A DNA stretch of 64,000 nt from Marsupella aquatica (GCA_973895155.1 OZ316898.1:9287079-9351078); one strand, 5' to 3'. Counted from the first letter of the stretch, positions 13,126 to 26,329 are shown. Notes: generated from the letters alone by a model not told the origin. A program made the numbers and translations.

Positions 13126-14014
13126 GAAAGGCTGAGAGAGAGACGTCATTCTAGAAGTGGCGGTGGAGTATGAGGGGTGGAGCAGGATCCATGCCTGTTT
13201 AACATCCTGCCCTTTCCACGTCAATGAAAAGGACTAAAGGAGGGTTGGTAGTCAGACTTTCTTTATAAAGAGCAATTCTACCCATTTGGAGATTTGCCAA
13301 CGTGGGCGAGACAAGAAATGGCAGAGGCAAAGGAGAGCTTACTCTCGAAACCACTCACTGGAGCTGTTTGTTGGAAAGTGGATGGATGAAGCGGTTGCAC
13401 GAAATCCAATAAAATCTTCGGTAGGGGCCTCAAACCTCACAACTTGATGAATTAGTAAGATACAATCTTCAGTAGGGGCCTCGTTCAAACCTCACAACTT
13501 GATGTATTAGTAAGTCTAGATTCAGTTACTGACTACCAATTTCATGATCTATAACTTTTGCTATAGTTATGGGAGAAAGTAAAGGAAAACTTTACTCAGT
13601 CCTCTGTGGAAAACATTACAGCCATTTTTTAAGTACCTTTATTTACTAGATTAATTAAGGTTATTGACTACCAAATTTATGATCCACAACTTTTTGCCAT
13701 AAAGGATGATCATATGCCACAACCACAGATTACAGTAGAAATGAGGGAGAAAACCTAAATATAACTTTTACATAGTTGTAAAAATAAATAAATGACTGCC
13801 ATTTCTTTATGGCCACAGGCTATCACCTATGACGCTTGTAGGAAGAAGGGGTCGAGTTTACAAAGGACGGAAAGGTCAGAAAGGGCTCGAGGAAGCTATG
13901 AGAAGCCCTACTTGTGTCATTTGCAGAGTAGCTTTAATTTTTTTGTTCCTGCCTTCAAGGCTGGAATTCACATGTTTATTAGCTAGCCTCAGACACCTTC
14001 TAGAGGGTGCAAAC

Positions 14015-14335
14015 TACCTCAGCCTTGGTCAATTGGCCAGGAGATTTGCCTAGAACCAAGAGGTCCCAGGTTTACTCCCCCTCCACCCGCAAGGGTAGTG
14101 GAGGGTGTATGTGTGTTTGTGTGGGTTGGGTATGTGTAGTGGTGGGAGTACTGGTTTCTCCTTCTGGCTGGCCGCTTTGTGATCCTGGTCCAATCGTCTC
14201 TCCTTCCTGGTATGGGTCAGTGTCTGATCCCCTTATGGGCTACTCTACAGTGGTGCCTACTCCAAAGTAGAATGTCTATACTCTCTTGGATGTGTCTACT
14301 TTTGGCTTTCAAGGCAAAAGAAAAACATCAAAAGG
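14015..14335 (+). mobile_element. tRNA-derived SINE, degenerate
   Basis: Pol III A-box-like TGGTCAATTGG (14026-14036), B-box-like GGTTTACTCCC (14069-14079), A-rich tail near 14315-14335; homologous to 34590-35110 on the minus strand. Confidence 0.65.
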
Positions 14336-14559
14336 TACCCTGCTCCCTTGGTCCCCACATAAATCAATCCTTCACAGCATAGAAGGGGTGCTCAAGATGG
14401 CATTCATGTAAAGTGCATACTATTTTGTTATTAACATTTATGGGAACAAAGTTTGGTTCTCCACTTCCACTCGCATGGCTGGCCCATTGGCGACTCTGGA
14501 TGGGTGCTCTTTTAGTAGAATGATTTCCAAGGGAAGCCATATGACGCACTAAAGGATTA

Positions 14560-14825
14560 TTTCCTTGTAGTGAGAATGTTTTTTGGGGCGGGTTTTGGGG
14601 TGTTGTTGTTGTTGATGCTGTTTACTACTGTCTGAGCTATAGTTTGAATTTGCAGCCATAGGGTTTTAGTTTTTTCTTAAAGTATGGTTTGGGTTACCCA
14701 GGCTTATTGACTCTTTGGTTTTCCTGGAATTTTCTCATTATTTTCTCCCCTTTACTGCGTCTCCTGGCCTTGGGACCCTGCCTCCCTGTTTGACTCTTTT
14801 TGTTCTTTGGCAGTGATATATATCT
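14560..14825 (+). mobile_element. 3' end fragment of a dispersed, probably non-LTR, retroelement
   Basis: Shares TAGGGTTTTAG...GCCTTGGG...TTTTGTTCTTTGGCAGTG(TG)ATATAT with 46310-46520. Confidence 0.5.
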
Positions 14826-15871
14826 CCACAAAGTTCATTGAAGTGAAACTGAAGCTCTCATAAAACATGATGATTAAGAAGAGCTATAGTTAAAGGGAAA
14901 CTGGAAGCTTTATTCGTCATCTAAGTGAAAAACAATTGCACACAACTAGGGCTTGAGCTAGGGAGAACCATAACAAGCCAATAGGGTGTCTCCTTGAGCA
15001 ACACTGCAACAGGTTATGGTCATAGCATCTGCCTGTAGTTATTCTCATCAACAGGTGAATTTTATTATTTTGATTTTTGTGCTCGATCAGCTTATGAAGC
15101 CTCCTTGCAGCCATGTCTTAATATGGAGGCCTGTTAAGAACAAACAGTTACAGAACACTGATTTTGAAGTCTAGAAGGATTGTGCTTGTAACCCATAATT
15201 CATGAGTTATCTGCTGTGAACTTTGGAACTTTGAGAAGCCTTAATGAGAAATGAACCAATAACTCCCTACCAGGATAACATTCCATAGATCCAAGTGGCC
15301 ACTAGGCCAAAAGCCTAAGCCCGTTGCCTGTATATGATGTGTTCTTTATGATCCCCGTTATGATCCATAAAGCCCCTTTTGTTGTGACAAGTACAAGAGA
15401 TGATATTTTCCTTTCCATATATTATTATTAAATATGGAGAAATGGCAAGGTTTCTTTCCAAGTTTATTTCAAGCTACTTAGGTTCAAATCTTCTCTCTGT
15501 AGTTACACGTAATCTCTCTTCTTCACAAGACCTTAGTTCTCTAGCTTGATCCTGGTCTTTTATCAAGGTGTTTACTCTAAGTCAGATAATGTTCAAAATG
15601 CTCAGTTTCTTTTGGGACTGAGAAGCATAATGCACTGAATACCACAAAAATACCACAAATACCACAAAAGTTAGAAGTGAACATGCGCACCCAAGATGCT
15701 AACTTTGCAACCCAGGATTCCTCCCGATCGATCGATTGATTCCAGCCCTGATTTGCGCATGACTCAATATTGTCTCGACGACAAAGAAAGGACTGGTCGG
15801 TTCAGTTTGTTCTGGAGCCATGATTCTGCTGTATTTCCGCTGTTGCTTGACGCTGAATTGGTGATGTGGTC

Positions 15872-15897
15872 CCTCTCTCTCTCTCTCTCTCTCTCTC
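15872..15897 (+). repeat. (CT)n microsatellite
   Basis: Directly visible. Confidence 0.9.
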
Positions 15898-16164
15898 GAC
15901 CGATTTGACGATGATTCCTGCAAAGGCACTTTTGCTGTTGAGGAAGTAGTCTGGGGCTGGCCGTGATTCAGGGTGAAGTCTTTCATCAAAATTGCCGGCC
16001 ATGCATGACTACTGCGTGCAGTGGAATTCTCGAATCGAATCGGCAGGCTGCTCTGCTCGATTGATGGCTTTGCAGCAACTCAACTGAACTCAAGCCCGAT
16101 CAAGCTCGTCTTCTTGTGACAATGAAGGCGAATTTTTAATTCAGGTGACGGTTCCTGAAAACTC

Positions 16165-16282
16165 CTAGACCAGGGGTCTCAAACTCTTCAAACCCCTGGT
16201 CAATGAGTTTCTAGTTCATTGACCAGGGGTCTCAAACTAATTGAGCAGGGGTTTCTAGTTCGAGCTCATTGACCAGGGGTAG
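16165..16282. repeat. Cluster of GACCAGGGGT(CTCAAACT) direct and inverted repeats
   Basis: About four direct copies plus one inverted copy (ACCCCTGGTC). Confidence 0.75.
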
Positions 16283-17343
16283 TAGTTCTTCAGCAGTACT
16301 CAGAATTTGATGTATTTAAGTGCTATGGGGTAGGGACAGCCAAGTTCATAGTCCATATTAGCATAAAGATTGGTCTTATACCATTAGTCACTGTAAAGAC
16401 TAGTGAATTTGATTTTTTTAATAATCTTGTGCAAAAGTTATGACCATTGCTTTATGGCAGAAAGGCATCATCCCTAATTTCAAAGCTTTGAGAAGCCCTA
16501 GTACTAGAATCTGTTTGGTCACACTCTTTTAGATGTTGGACTCAAATTTTTCTATTCAGGTAGCCTCTAATTTTGCAAACTGACTAAGTCTATTGTGTGC
16601 AAAGAGCTTTGGTGAACTCTGTCTTGGGAGAAGGACTACTGAAGCTCGAACTACAAACCCCTGCCAACGTCTTGGGACAAGGACTTATGAAGCTTGAACT
16701 AGAAACCCCTGTTGCAATGGAAACGGCTACCATTGGCCTACAATTGCAACTACTAATGTTGAGCAAACTGTGCACTTAGGATTTAAGAGGAAAGAGATGG
16801 AAAACATTTGGGTAAACTAAGGCAATCTACACAAAGAATATTGACATTTCCTGGGTCTTTACTACGAAGACAGGGGAAAAGATATCTACTCTCTAGGGAC
16901 AAAGCTGATAAAATTTGACAGTCCCTTATAGTAGAACCATATCTACTGCTATGTTAGTGAATTTTCAGAGATAATTATTTAAATTTAGACAAATTTTGAT
17001 TATTACTTCTGAAATCAAACAATCTCACTGAGCAGAATGTATAAGATGCAACTACAATGGACACCTGCTGAAACTATCTAAACTTAAAATGCTGAGATCT
17101 GATGCACAATGAACCAACTGCCAGGGAGCCTCTTCTCAAGCTCAATGTTCCTCTTCCATTGCCATCCAAGCCTGCTTCACCCAACAACCTCTCTTTGCCC
17201 AAAATGCAAAATAGTACATTGAACTTGACAACAGCCACCCATCCGGGCCTCTGAACTCAAACAGCCCATCTTGGGTCTGCCTCCTCCCTAACCTTAACAG
17301 CAACTTAATGTCACCAGTCAAACGTGCACAACTTGTGGCTTTG

Positions 17344-17585
17344 TGTTAAGTAAACTACCATTACTCAAAGAAAACATGCACAAGTGCAACATCCAAGTAC
17401 ACACAAGTAGTCGACACAAGAGACGTGTGATTTATCACCAGAGGTTATGTTCATAGGAACACAAAAGAGAACTTTCCTAAACTCTAGGTCTGTCACTTGG
17501 ACATACTTAGCCTCCACCCCAATCTTCACAGACATCTAAGCTCTGCCTGTCTCTGAGACGCTTCATTATCATTGAGTCTAAGTTT
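17344..17585 (-). mobile_element. Highly decayed LTR related to the copia family at 37248
   Basis: CACAAGTAGTCGACACAAGAGACGTGTG...GAGGTTATGTTCATAGGAACACAAAAGAGAACTTT...ACTCTAGG aligns with the reverse complement of the LTR. Confidence 0.6.
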
Positions 17586-18732
17586 AGCTCATGAGATCAG
17601 TTCTGCTAGTGAATATAGTAGTGATACTTTTAACCTTAATCAAGCATTTGACTATGGTTAGATTAACTGTGTGTACAGAGTAACTCTGGATCCAAGAGTA
17701 TATACCCAATACTGTGTTGTATAGCCCAGTCATGGACTTAACTGGACTTGGCACTGTCATGTCCTCCCCCTCATGACAAACAGGCCCCATCTGTTCACTA
17801 TAATTATAGTCCTTTGAAGAAAAACTAGTATTTAATTCAACTCATCAAGATAGAATAAAAGCTCTGTTTGATTGCTACAAGACAACAAACTGAAACGAGT
17901 TCCAGGAGTGAACATGCTATGTATATAATTATGCTCTATGTGGAAAGAGTCAATATTACATTTACGTTACAGCCTGAGAAATGACTGATTCAGGCTGGGT
18001 CAACTATTACTAAGATATTTTTTTCAGAAAGGGAAAAAACGGCCTCCTTTAAAGGGATCTGTCAAACTAAGTTGAAAATCTAGAAACCAGAGTTGAAAAA
18101 CTACACTAGAATCATGAAAGAGACAGAAAGTTCTAAACAGACGCACTTGATCGTTGTCCTCGAATTTATATGAGAGAGGATCATTTCAGCCTAGAGGTAG
18201 AATGAACGAAAGAGTCAATGGACTGTGCTATATACGACTTTGGCTCATCATTGATGTTTTCCAAGTATCATGCAATAAATACGTGACTTGCATGGGTATA
18301 GTGTCAATTGTATGAAATTCAAGGGCTGGGTGTGTGACACTAAATAGTGTAAAGAGTGTACTTAAAAGGCTTCTCCTCTACTTGATCTACAAGGATGTAT
18401 TCTTGCTTAAATCTTTTTTATTTGTTAAAAGGGGAAATCTGTGAAAACCCCACAGACAGAGAATAGTCCAAAAGGTCTTTAGTACTTTTTGCAAAAGTGT
18501 AGAATATGGACTCCGTCATGAAACATTTCAGAAAATAAACCTGGTTTCAAAATTGCTGCATTTCAAGGTGATGGCTTGGTTTTCGTTTTGGGCTTCTGTT
18601 TTGGGGGAAAGAAATGGGAAACCCACCCAGAGCAGTAATTAAACACACACGACTGATATTGAGATGCAAAGGTTTTCTAGCATAGGCAATCCACGAACAA
18701 AATTTTAGAGTAGCTCATGTCTTTCCCAAAGT

Positions 18733-19458
18733 GATGACACTCATATACAATTCTCTCACGAGTGGCAGTAGAATATGCCTTTAGAGATGTAAATGGCAGA
18801 GCCTTCAGAGAACGATAAGATGACCCTTTTCCCTCAAGTTATCTGATCGTCACACTGATCACAGTACTCTTTCAAAACAAGTTTCTTCATTGTAAACACG
18901 TCTTTATCGCCAAAAACCTTCATGCAGATTTCACCCATGATGAGGAAGGGTTGCATAGTCTGATCCAATAGATCGGTCTGCCAGCTACTCATACCCTCTC
19001 GTCCAAGTGTGCAAAATACTGATGCAAACGCTATTGTGTCTATTCAACCTTTTGAGAAAAGACAATTCTTGCTGTACCATGGTGATTTCATTTTTGCCTC
19101 TGAATGATTTCAAAGATTTACGTTCCAAAACACAGCCTACATCACAGGGGCTCAAAGCAGACAACACCCAAAAGGTGACGAGAGTTCAGCGTGCAAACTA
19201 AGATGGTCATTTCAAGATGATTGATATGTGCACACAATCTGTGACAGCTTTCTTCAGCGTCATCTATCAAAACGTACTGCATTCAATCGGACTTGAGGGA
19301 AGCCCTGGTTAAGGGCGCCTTTCCATTGTCAGGAAGGTGACGGATGACAGTTTTGCAAATTCGTTGCTCGCATTATCCGTAGTAATCTACAGGAATGCAA
19401 CGCGGAAGGTTTCTAAAATTCACTGCCACTCGTGAGAGAATTGTATATGAGTGTCATC
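18733..19458. repeat. Perfect 37-bp inverted repeat pair (18733-18769 / 19422-19458)
   Basis: GATGACACTCATATACAATTCTCTCACGAGTGGCAGT and its exact reverse complement. Confidence 0.9.
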
Positions 19459-20537
19459 GTCTAAGATGCCCGATCAATTTCGTGTTCGATAATAGTCGCT
19501 ACTGGGTCTAATGAATCCGATTCAGCTAAATTACTTCAGCTATTCTTTAAATTGAGATCAAAGGCGGGGGAGGATGTCCACGTAATTCTCTTTCAGCAGT
19601 AAACCAGGACTAAACATATGGGAAACAATAGGAAGTATTGTTCCTTCATTCTTTCAAATGACGGGGGACGATGGGCCCATAAATTCTTTTTCAATAGTAC
19701 ACTAGAATTATCTATGTGGGAAGCAAAAGAAAATATTGTCTTCATTTCTTCAAATGAGGGAATCAGTGCAAAACTACTAGCATTGGGTAAAAACATCTCG
19801 TACAGCAATGACTTGTACCGAGTTTAACGCCTACAAGCTTACTACATACGGAGCACCAGACTTGAGAAAGACCTCAGCAGACGACCAATACACATTTTGA
19901 TAGTCAAACGATTTTTAGTGTACATCACAGTGACAGCTGACTAGCGGTAAAGCCAGAACAGATCTGTCACTGACATATTTTCGTAACTCAAGTAGGTCAG
20001 GAGCTTCTTCACATCCCCATTGTATCTTTTCGGGGAACTTAGTCACCATCATGACGAGCAGAGTAAAGCCTCTCGTCACATCTGCTGCAGATCACACGTG
20101 ATCAAATACAGTTGCTGACATCGCTCAAAATCAGCTGATCTGAGTGGGTAGAACAAAGTATTTTTCACCTTTCTAACTTAGACAAGCTGCTTGCTGAATC
20201 AATTCCGGACCTCAATCACGGTCACATGGCTTGCTGGCATACTGATGGTTGCCATGCAAAGGGACAAATCTCAAGCCAATCAAAACAAAGCTTGCACCGT
20301 ACAAGGGTGCAAAATTTCTGCCTGTACTTATGACTATGGACTAATACAACACCCTTGCTGAGCCAGGAAGTCATCCGTTCATGGCATGGTTCAAATGCTA
20401 CACACAGAACTAGTTATGACTTATAACTACCAGTACACATAGCACAAGAACAATGATGCAACGAAAGCAATTCCAGGTTTCGAGAAGAATTTCTACATGT
20501 GGCTACAAGAAGTATTTACAGTGAGACAACAGGTCTA

Positions 20538-23500
20538 TCACAATCTTTTGTCGGAAACAGACTTTTTCCCCATACTCGACCCAAGCCCTGATGAAGACAT
20601 CCGTTGCAGCATCTGCTTTGTTTGCTTCATCTTGGCTTTTATCTTAGCTTTTGCCACCACTGTTGCCACTGTGTTCGAAAAGTTTCCCAAGGCCATTATA
20701 ATCAACAATACTCCACATACCACCATCTGTACAGAGGATCCACGAGTTATTTGCACTGGCAAGAGAAGAACAAATACGGGTCATAAAGTAAGGATCCTCT
20801 CGATATTAATCATAGAATCAACATATGACGACAATAGCAATTGCATATGCTTGGATGAAAAGATCTTAATCATAAATCAACATATGAAGACAATAGCAAT
20901 TGCTTATGCTTGGATGAAAAGATCTTAATCATAGAATCAACATATGACGACAATAGCAATTGCTTATGCTTGGATGAAAACAAACTACTCCAGACCACAA
21001 CCGTGATTATTTTAAGTCGCCAAGCATTCCAACAATACCTGCCACTCTGACGAATCTTCGATAATGGAAGAGTGTAATAAGAGAGAGCCGATTGCAAATT
21101 GAAAGAGCTGCACAGAAACAAACCAACAAACCTCTTTTCGTAAAACCACTGCTTGAATTTGAACATTTATGGTGATCATAAAAATCAGCATGATACTAGG
21201 AATCTAGGACATCAGCACAAAAGTCAAACTAAACAAGTAATAATAATTTTGCACTTGCGGAAGTTGTGGAGCCTACATATTACAAGATCTTCACATGAAG
21301 TACCAGTAGCAAAAGCACGTTGGCATAGAGAACCCAATTTTTTGCCCTCAAACGTACCTGTAGAATGAACAGAAGTGGATAAAGAACCCAAATTTGACCC
21401 TTCACGCCTGAGGTCTCTCCCCACACCACATCCATTCGCCCAGCCTGTTCCAAATTTTGACAAAAAAAGATAAGCCAGAATATTCGCTGCTTATGAAAGC
21501 AAACTACAAAAAACACATAAAAGAAACGTATACACCACTGAAGTTTACGGCCAGCGTAATCAACGCATCGAAACAAACCCGGCAAACATAAAGTTTCATC
21601 AATTCTGTCCGGTGATATTAGGAGATGATCACGAATTTGCACCTTGCCGAGAGCAATTCGAGTATACAATCTTTGCCTCTGATACCGGTTTTGGAGAAGC
21701 ATGGCTACTCCTTGCATAACAGCCCATGCCAAGAAGAGGCGCACTCCTTGCTGCTCACACCACCGACGCCATTCAAAACATAGTTCAGGGGTGAATTTGC
21801 TTGAAGGTCTGGACTGTGGAGCCTGAATAAAACATAAATCATTCTATAGATCAATGTTCACAATTGCCATGAAGAATACCTGTTTCTTTATGCAACCAGG
21901 ATGACCTTGAAGTCCCCAAGTTAGACTTACAAGAGCCATGGCCATGGCACAATAATGATGATAAACCCACCTGCAATTGCCATCAGATAGGATCAAGTTT
22001 AAGGAAGAGCAAAACACTGCTAAAACGCGCAGGTCAATTGAGCTGAAATTTCTGGTATCTTACTGAAACTCTCCAGACGTTCCCGAGTCAAGACTCCAAA
22101 AACATCAGTGCAAAATGTGATCGTGGTGTACGGCGCTGTAACGTGAAGGTTAACAGGCACTCCTGCTGGGTAGGAGTAACAGTTTCATTTGGTCTTTATT
22201 ATATTTTAATTTAGTTGAAGTGAAGTGACGGAGAAGAACTGACGTCGTAGCCATTCACCTCGTTCTTTGTGCTAAGTAAGGGTAAGTCCAAGGGCATCCC
22301 GGGCAAGACAGCATGATCAATTGGGAAGTTATCTTACATATCTCCAAAATCCAACGCGACAGAATAGGGAGGAATAACTGGAGATATGTACTCAAGGGAC
22401 AAAGATAAGAATTATCCAAGATGCATAAGACTAGTTGTTCTCACTTGAAGGCAGAAGAGTATCAGAATCTGCCGAGATCCTACTCGACCTACCACTAACA
22501 CATGTGGATGGATGGTATAAACAACATGATCTAATTAACTTGCATCATAAGCAGGGGGCATAATCTTCGTATTTCCACCTGGATGACGCTATTGCTCTTA
22601 CTAGAACGTGCGTATCATATCAGCTAGGGAAATGTTCTGGAGAATATAGATATTGTGCCATCCCTCCTTCTACGATGCAAGCTCGTATGATTCGACCAAA
22701 CATGCTAGACGATCCTTGTTATAGCTGATTTGATGCGCCCATGCTCTACTAACCGCCTTCGTCCATATACTTACCCTTAACCACAGCACAATTATCTAAA
22801 AACACATGCACGCAAGGAAATATAGAATGATGCGATTGACCAATATTCACAGCACAATTATCTAAAAACACATGCACGCAAGGAAATATAGAATGATGCG
22901 ATTGACCAATATTCACACCTCCATTGACCTTCCAAGGCACTCGAACGAGAATTGCAGAGTAAGGAGAGCTATAAGAAGCTTGAGCCTTGAGCCACTAAGT
23001 TCGCCCTAAGATAAATAACACACTTTCCATCAAAAACAGCCTCCATTCTCTTTCCTGAACTTGCTATGTGGGTAAAATAAAAGCCCTGCATTTGCATCTC
23101 CCATCAAACAAGTGTCGAGGTCAGGTCAAATACCATGGTCGTATGTCGCTTCCATTAACTTTCAAAATGTTCTCCCGCAGAGCTAAACTTGTGTAGAAGT
23201 ACAGCAGCCATGCCTGTGGATACCTGGCGTTAGAAAGATTGCAAGTAGCTGGACTAAAAAACACGGTGAAGAAACAATCGGATTGACTAAACCTATAATG
23301 TCTAGAAGAAGGATAACAGGTCAAACCTGATAGCATTGGACAGGTAGCGCCGGGAAGCAGCCATTCCACCACCAGTTCTTCAAAAGAAGTAGCACCACAG
23401 GAAACGCAAGAAACAATAGGGCAGTTCTATCCTGAAATACATAGCAACTATTAGCTCTATCGTGTTTCATTGGCACACAACTGAGTGATTTAAACGTCGA

Positions 23501-24997
23501 CGATACTGGGCATTGCTAACAGATTAAATGGATTCCTCCACAACGATCGTAGATAAGAGTGCAGTAGAAGAGCAAGTTTCACACACGAGTGGAGACATAC
23601 TCATTCCACACAAAGCTGCCGATGATGTCCACAACAAATTTGACTTACAGGACAGTTCTTATGCTCTTGGATATTGTTACTAACGAGAGTTTCGTATGCG
23701 GACGAGAGGATTTTTTGTTGCAAAATTTTCAGTGGAAAGATAATCTTACCCTAAATGTGTTGTACTCCTCTTTCACTTTAAGCCGCACATCACTTCGCGT
23801 CGCCCGGACATTCACAGGCCCAAGCAAGAGACTAAGAAAAACTCCTGTTTACAACATAGAAATCCACGATGTCCGTGCTCAATTAACTTTAAGAATAAGT
23901 AACTTAGAAAAACTGCATGAGAAGAGCAGAGAGCGAAGACAACCCAATGTTTGGTCAATTGAATTCACTAAACATTCAGTAGAAATTTATGACGAAATGA
24001 ATGTTCGGATTGCAATACACGGATGACTAGAATCTTCCACATCTACCCCTCAGTGACAGACATGCGTAGGACCGTAGGGCATCTGCGGATGGTCTCGACA
24101 AGATGATCTATGATATCTTTCCAAGCACGGAGACAAACTGTAGTTCCAATGCGCATAGAATTCATGCAACTCTGCGCATGGACAGGTGAAATCAAAGCAA
24201 CACTTCTGAAACAATTCAATTATTGGAACTGACCGTTAGATTTGGCTGGAAGAAGCGATGCGGCGTCTCCCTCGTATATCATACTGCGGGCTCTATACGA
24301 ATCCTCCTCTAACTGGTATTCCCGTCCATCCATTCAGCATCAAAGAGGAAAACATTCAGAAAGTGACTGACCATAGATGAATCAGCATCAGAGCGGTAAG
24401 ACAGACATTCTAAACATGTTGTGAGTCCGACCTACGAAAATCGTCCATTGAAGAGATCCAGTGCCTCTTGATGAAGAGAGGATGCACAAGGAGACCAGCA
24501 GTAAAACTGAAGATTCACATCATAGATTTCTAATGACGGCAGATAAAGAGCAATCATCTGATCTTCCTCATGTTATTTCAGGATCAAAGCAGATCAATCC
24601 CGAATGACGGAAAAAATTATAAAATAATTCCGCAACGGCTAGCGTTGAGTAGAAAGATGTTAAGGGATAGGTTTCGTATGGCTACCTTCTCGGCCAGCAC
24701 GGGGTTAATCTCGTCCTTCTCGAGCGCAGTGTTTATGAAGGATTGGACATTCTTTATTTCGGAAACCAAAGTCGTCGCCTGCTGGCTTAACGACTGCGAA
24801 TCGTATTTCATGCGTGTAGAATGAGCGGAAGCCGCATCTTGCAGCGCTTTGCACCGCTCAAGCAACCCCGCCACCCTCTCAGCTGCATCTTTTCCCACAT
24901 CCCCTGCTCTGTCTTCCTCGGTCTTGGATCCCCAATCCCGCGCGTGCTGATTAGGGTAACTCCTCCCACCTTCGTCCTGATTCGAAGAACCAGTCAT
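20538..24997 (-). CDS. TMEM120: TMEM120/TMPIT-family transmembrane protein, about 404 aa, 10 exons
   Basis: Exons on minus: 24997-24686, 24312-24234, 23844-23750, 23431-23327, 23213-23134, 21970-21880, 21750-21643, 21444-21358, 21107-21039, 20726-20538. All introns GT-AG; total 1215 nt in frame. Conserved plant TMEM120 motifs LGPVNVRA, KVKEEYN, YTSLALRENILKVNGSDIRPWWVYHHY, QNRYQRQRLYTRIALGK, MDVVWGET. Confidence 0.95.
20808..20980. repeat. About 59-bp tandem repeat x3 in the last TMEM120 intron
   Basis: TAATCATAGAATCAACATATGACGACAATAGCAATTGC.TATGCTTGGATGAAAA repeated. Confidence 0.9.
22782..22917. repeat. About 66-bp exact tandem duplication in TMEM120 intron 5
   Basis: CACAGCACAATTATCTAAAAACACATGCACGCAAGGAAATATAGAATGATGCGATTGACCAATATT x2. 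Confidence 0.9.
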
Positions 24998-25539
24998 GTC
25001 TGCTCGGCAGTACTCGCAGTAGTGGTGCAAGCAAACCAAAGCTAACCAAAGCAAACCAAACCCCTCGTCGACTTTCCTCTAATCTATTCTCTATTCATCC
25101 TAGGAACCGGACAGCAGCAGCAGTACGCGATTCAGGCCACGAATCCACCGCGGCAATTCATCCATGAGTAGATCAAACCCACCTCAGAACGATCATCCCA
25201 AGGTGAACCCACCAATGAATCAAAGAAATGCCCCTCAATCGCTGACTCACTAACTCGCTCACGCACGCTCCTGCTCCTCCTCAGCTTCCAAAGCTCCAGC
25301 CAGACAAGGGATGAATGAATGATCTCCGTGCGCACTTTAACAAACGAACGAGAGACCCTTCCACTCCCATCCAGATAGATCTAAGTCACAGAAAGCATAT
25401 TCCCGAGGAGCTACAGTAGTAGCTAAACGCCTTCATACTCCTCTAGCCTACACTACCTGTTCCCCTGTCCTACTTCCTCCTCTGTCGTCGTCGCCACGGA
25501 TCGTCTCCTCTTCGCTCCGCTTCGAGTCCAAGAACACTC

Positions 25540-26125
25540 TTCTTCTTCTTCTTCTTCTTCAGAAGGACCCAAAACCAATGGAGACGATTCAACTCTGCCT
25601 CCCTACTTGTCTCGATGCGATTTGTCTCCAGAACGATCCCAAAACAATGGAGAGACCTCTTCTTCTTCTTCTTCTTCTTCTTCTTCTTCAGAAAGACCCA
25701 GAAGCAATGGAGAGACTTCAACTCTGCTTCCTTCTTTTCTCGACGAGAAAGGCGAATCGTGTCCAAAAGGATCCCAAAACAATGGAGAGACTTTCAACTC
25801 TGCTTCCTTCTTTTCTCGAAGAGAAAGGCGATTCGTGTCCAGAACGATCCCAAAACAATGGAGAGACCTCAACTCTGCCTCAATATGTTTCTCGAGGAGA
25901 AACGAGATTCCTCTGCAGACAGAGCCCAACACAATGGGAGAGAGATAGACTTCAAGTCTGCCTCATTACTTCCCTCCACGAGATGACAGATTCCTCTCCA
26001 CAAAACCCCCAAAAACAATGGAGAGAGGGACTTCAAGTGTGCCTCATTATTATTCTGGCAGAGGACATAATTATTCCTCTCCTGAAAAACCCAGAATCCA
26101 TGGAGAGGCTCATTAATTTTCTCCA
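25540..26125. repeat. Minisatellite, 60-85 bp unit, about 8 copies, with embedded (CTT)n, upstream of TMEM120
   Basis: Recurrent CCAGAACGATCCCAAAACAATGGAGAGAC(C/T)TCAACTCTGC. Confidence 0.9.
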
Positions 26126-26329
26126 AGAAACGAGGAGTAGGGGAGAAGAGAGAGATGGGAGGGGAGAGAGCAAGAGCACAGAGACCTAGGCCATAGCTGC
26201 CATGACATTGAAAGTCTCTTTGCATTCCCCCACCTCTTGAGCTTCTTCGTGATGGAAACAGAAATCCATTTCATTGCAGGCTCTCTCATGTCATGCACGC
26301 TTTGTGCTTGACGTGTCCCCCAATTCTTG

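Noticed and set aside
14021-14085. Intact tRNA gene
   Set aside because: Degenerate boxes, no convincing cloverleaf, and it continues into a repeat body shared with 34590-35110, so a SINE is the better call.
23589-24026. 145-aa plus-strand ORF, and similar ORFs at 20497, 24570 and 49995
   Set aside because: Antisense shadows of real exons or introns with no recognisable domain.
25470-26225. Overlapping ORFs up to 203 aa on both strands
   Set aside because: By-products of the minisatellite and (CTT)n tracts, with no protein motifs.
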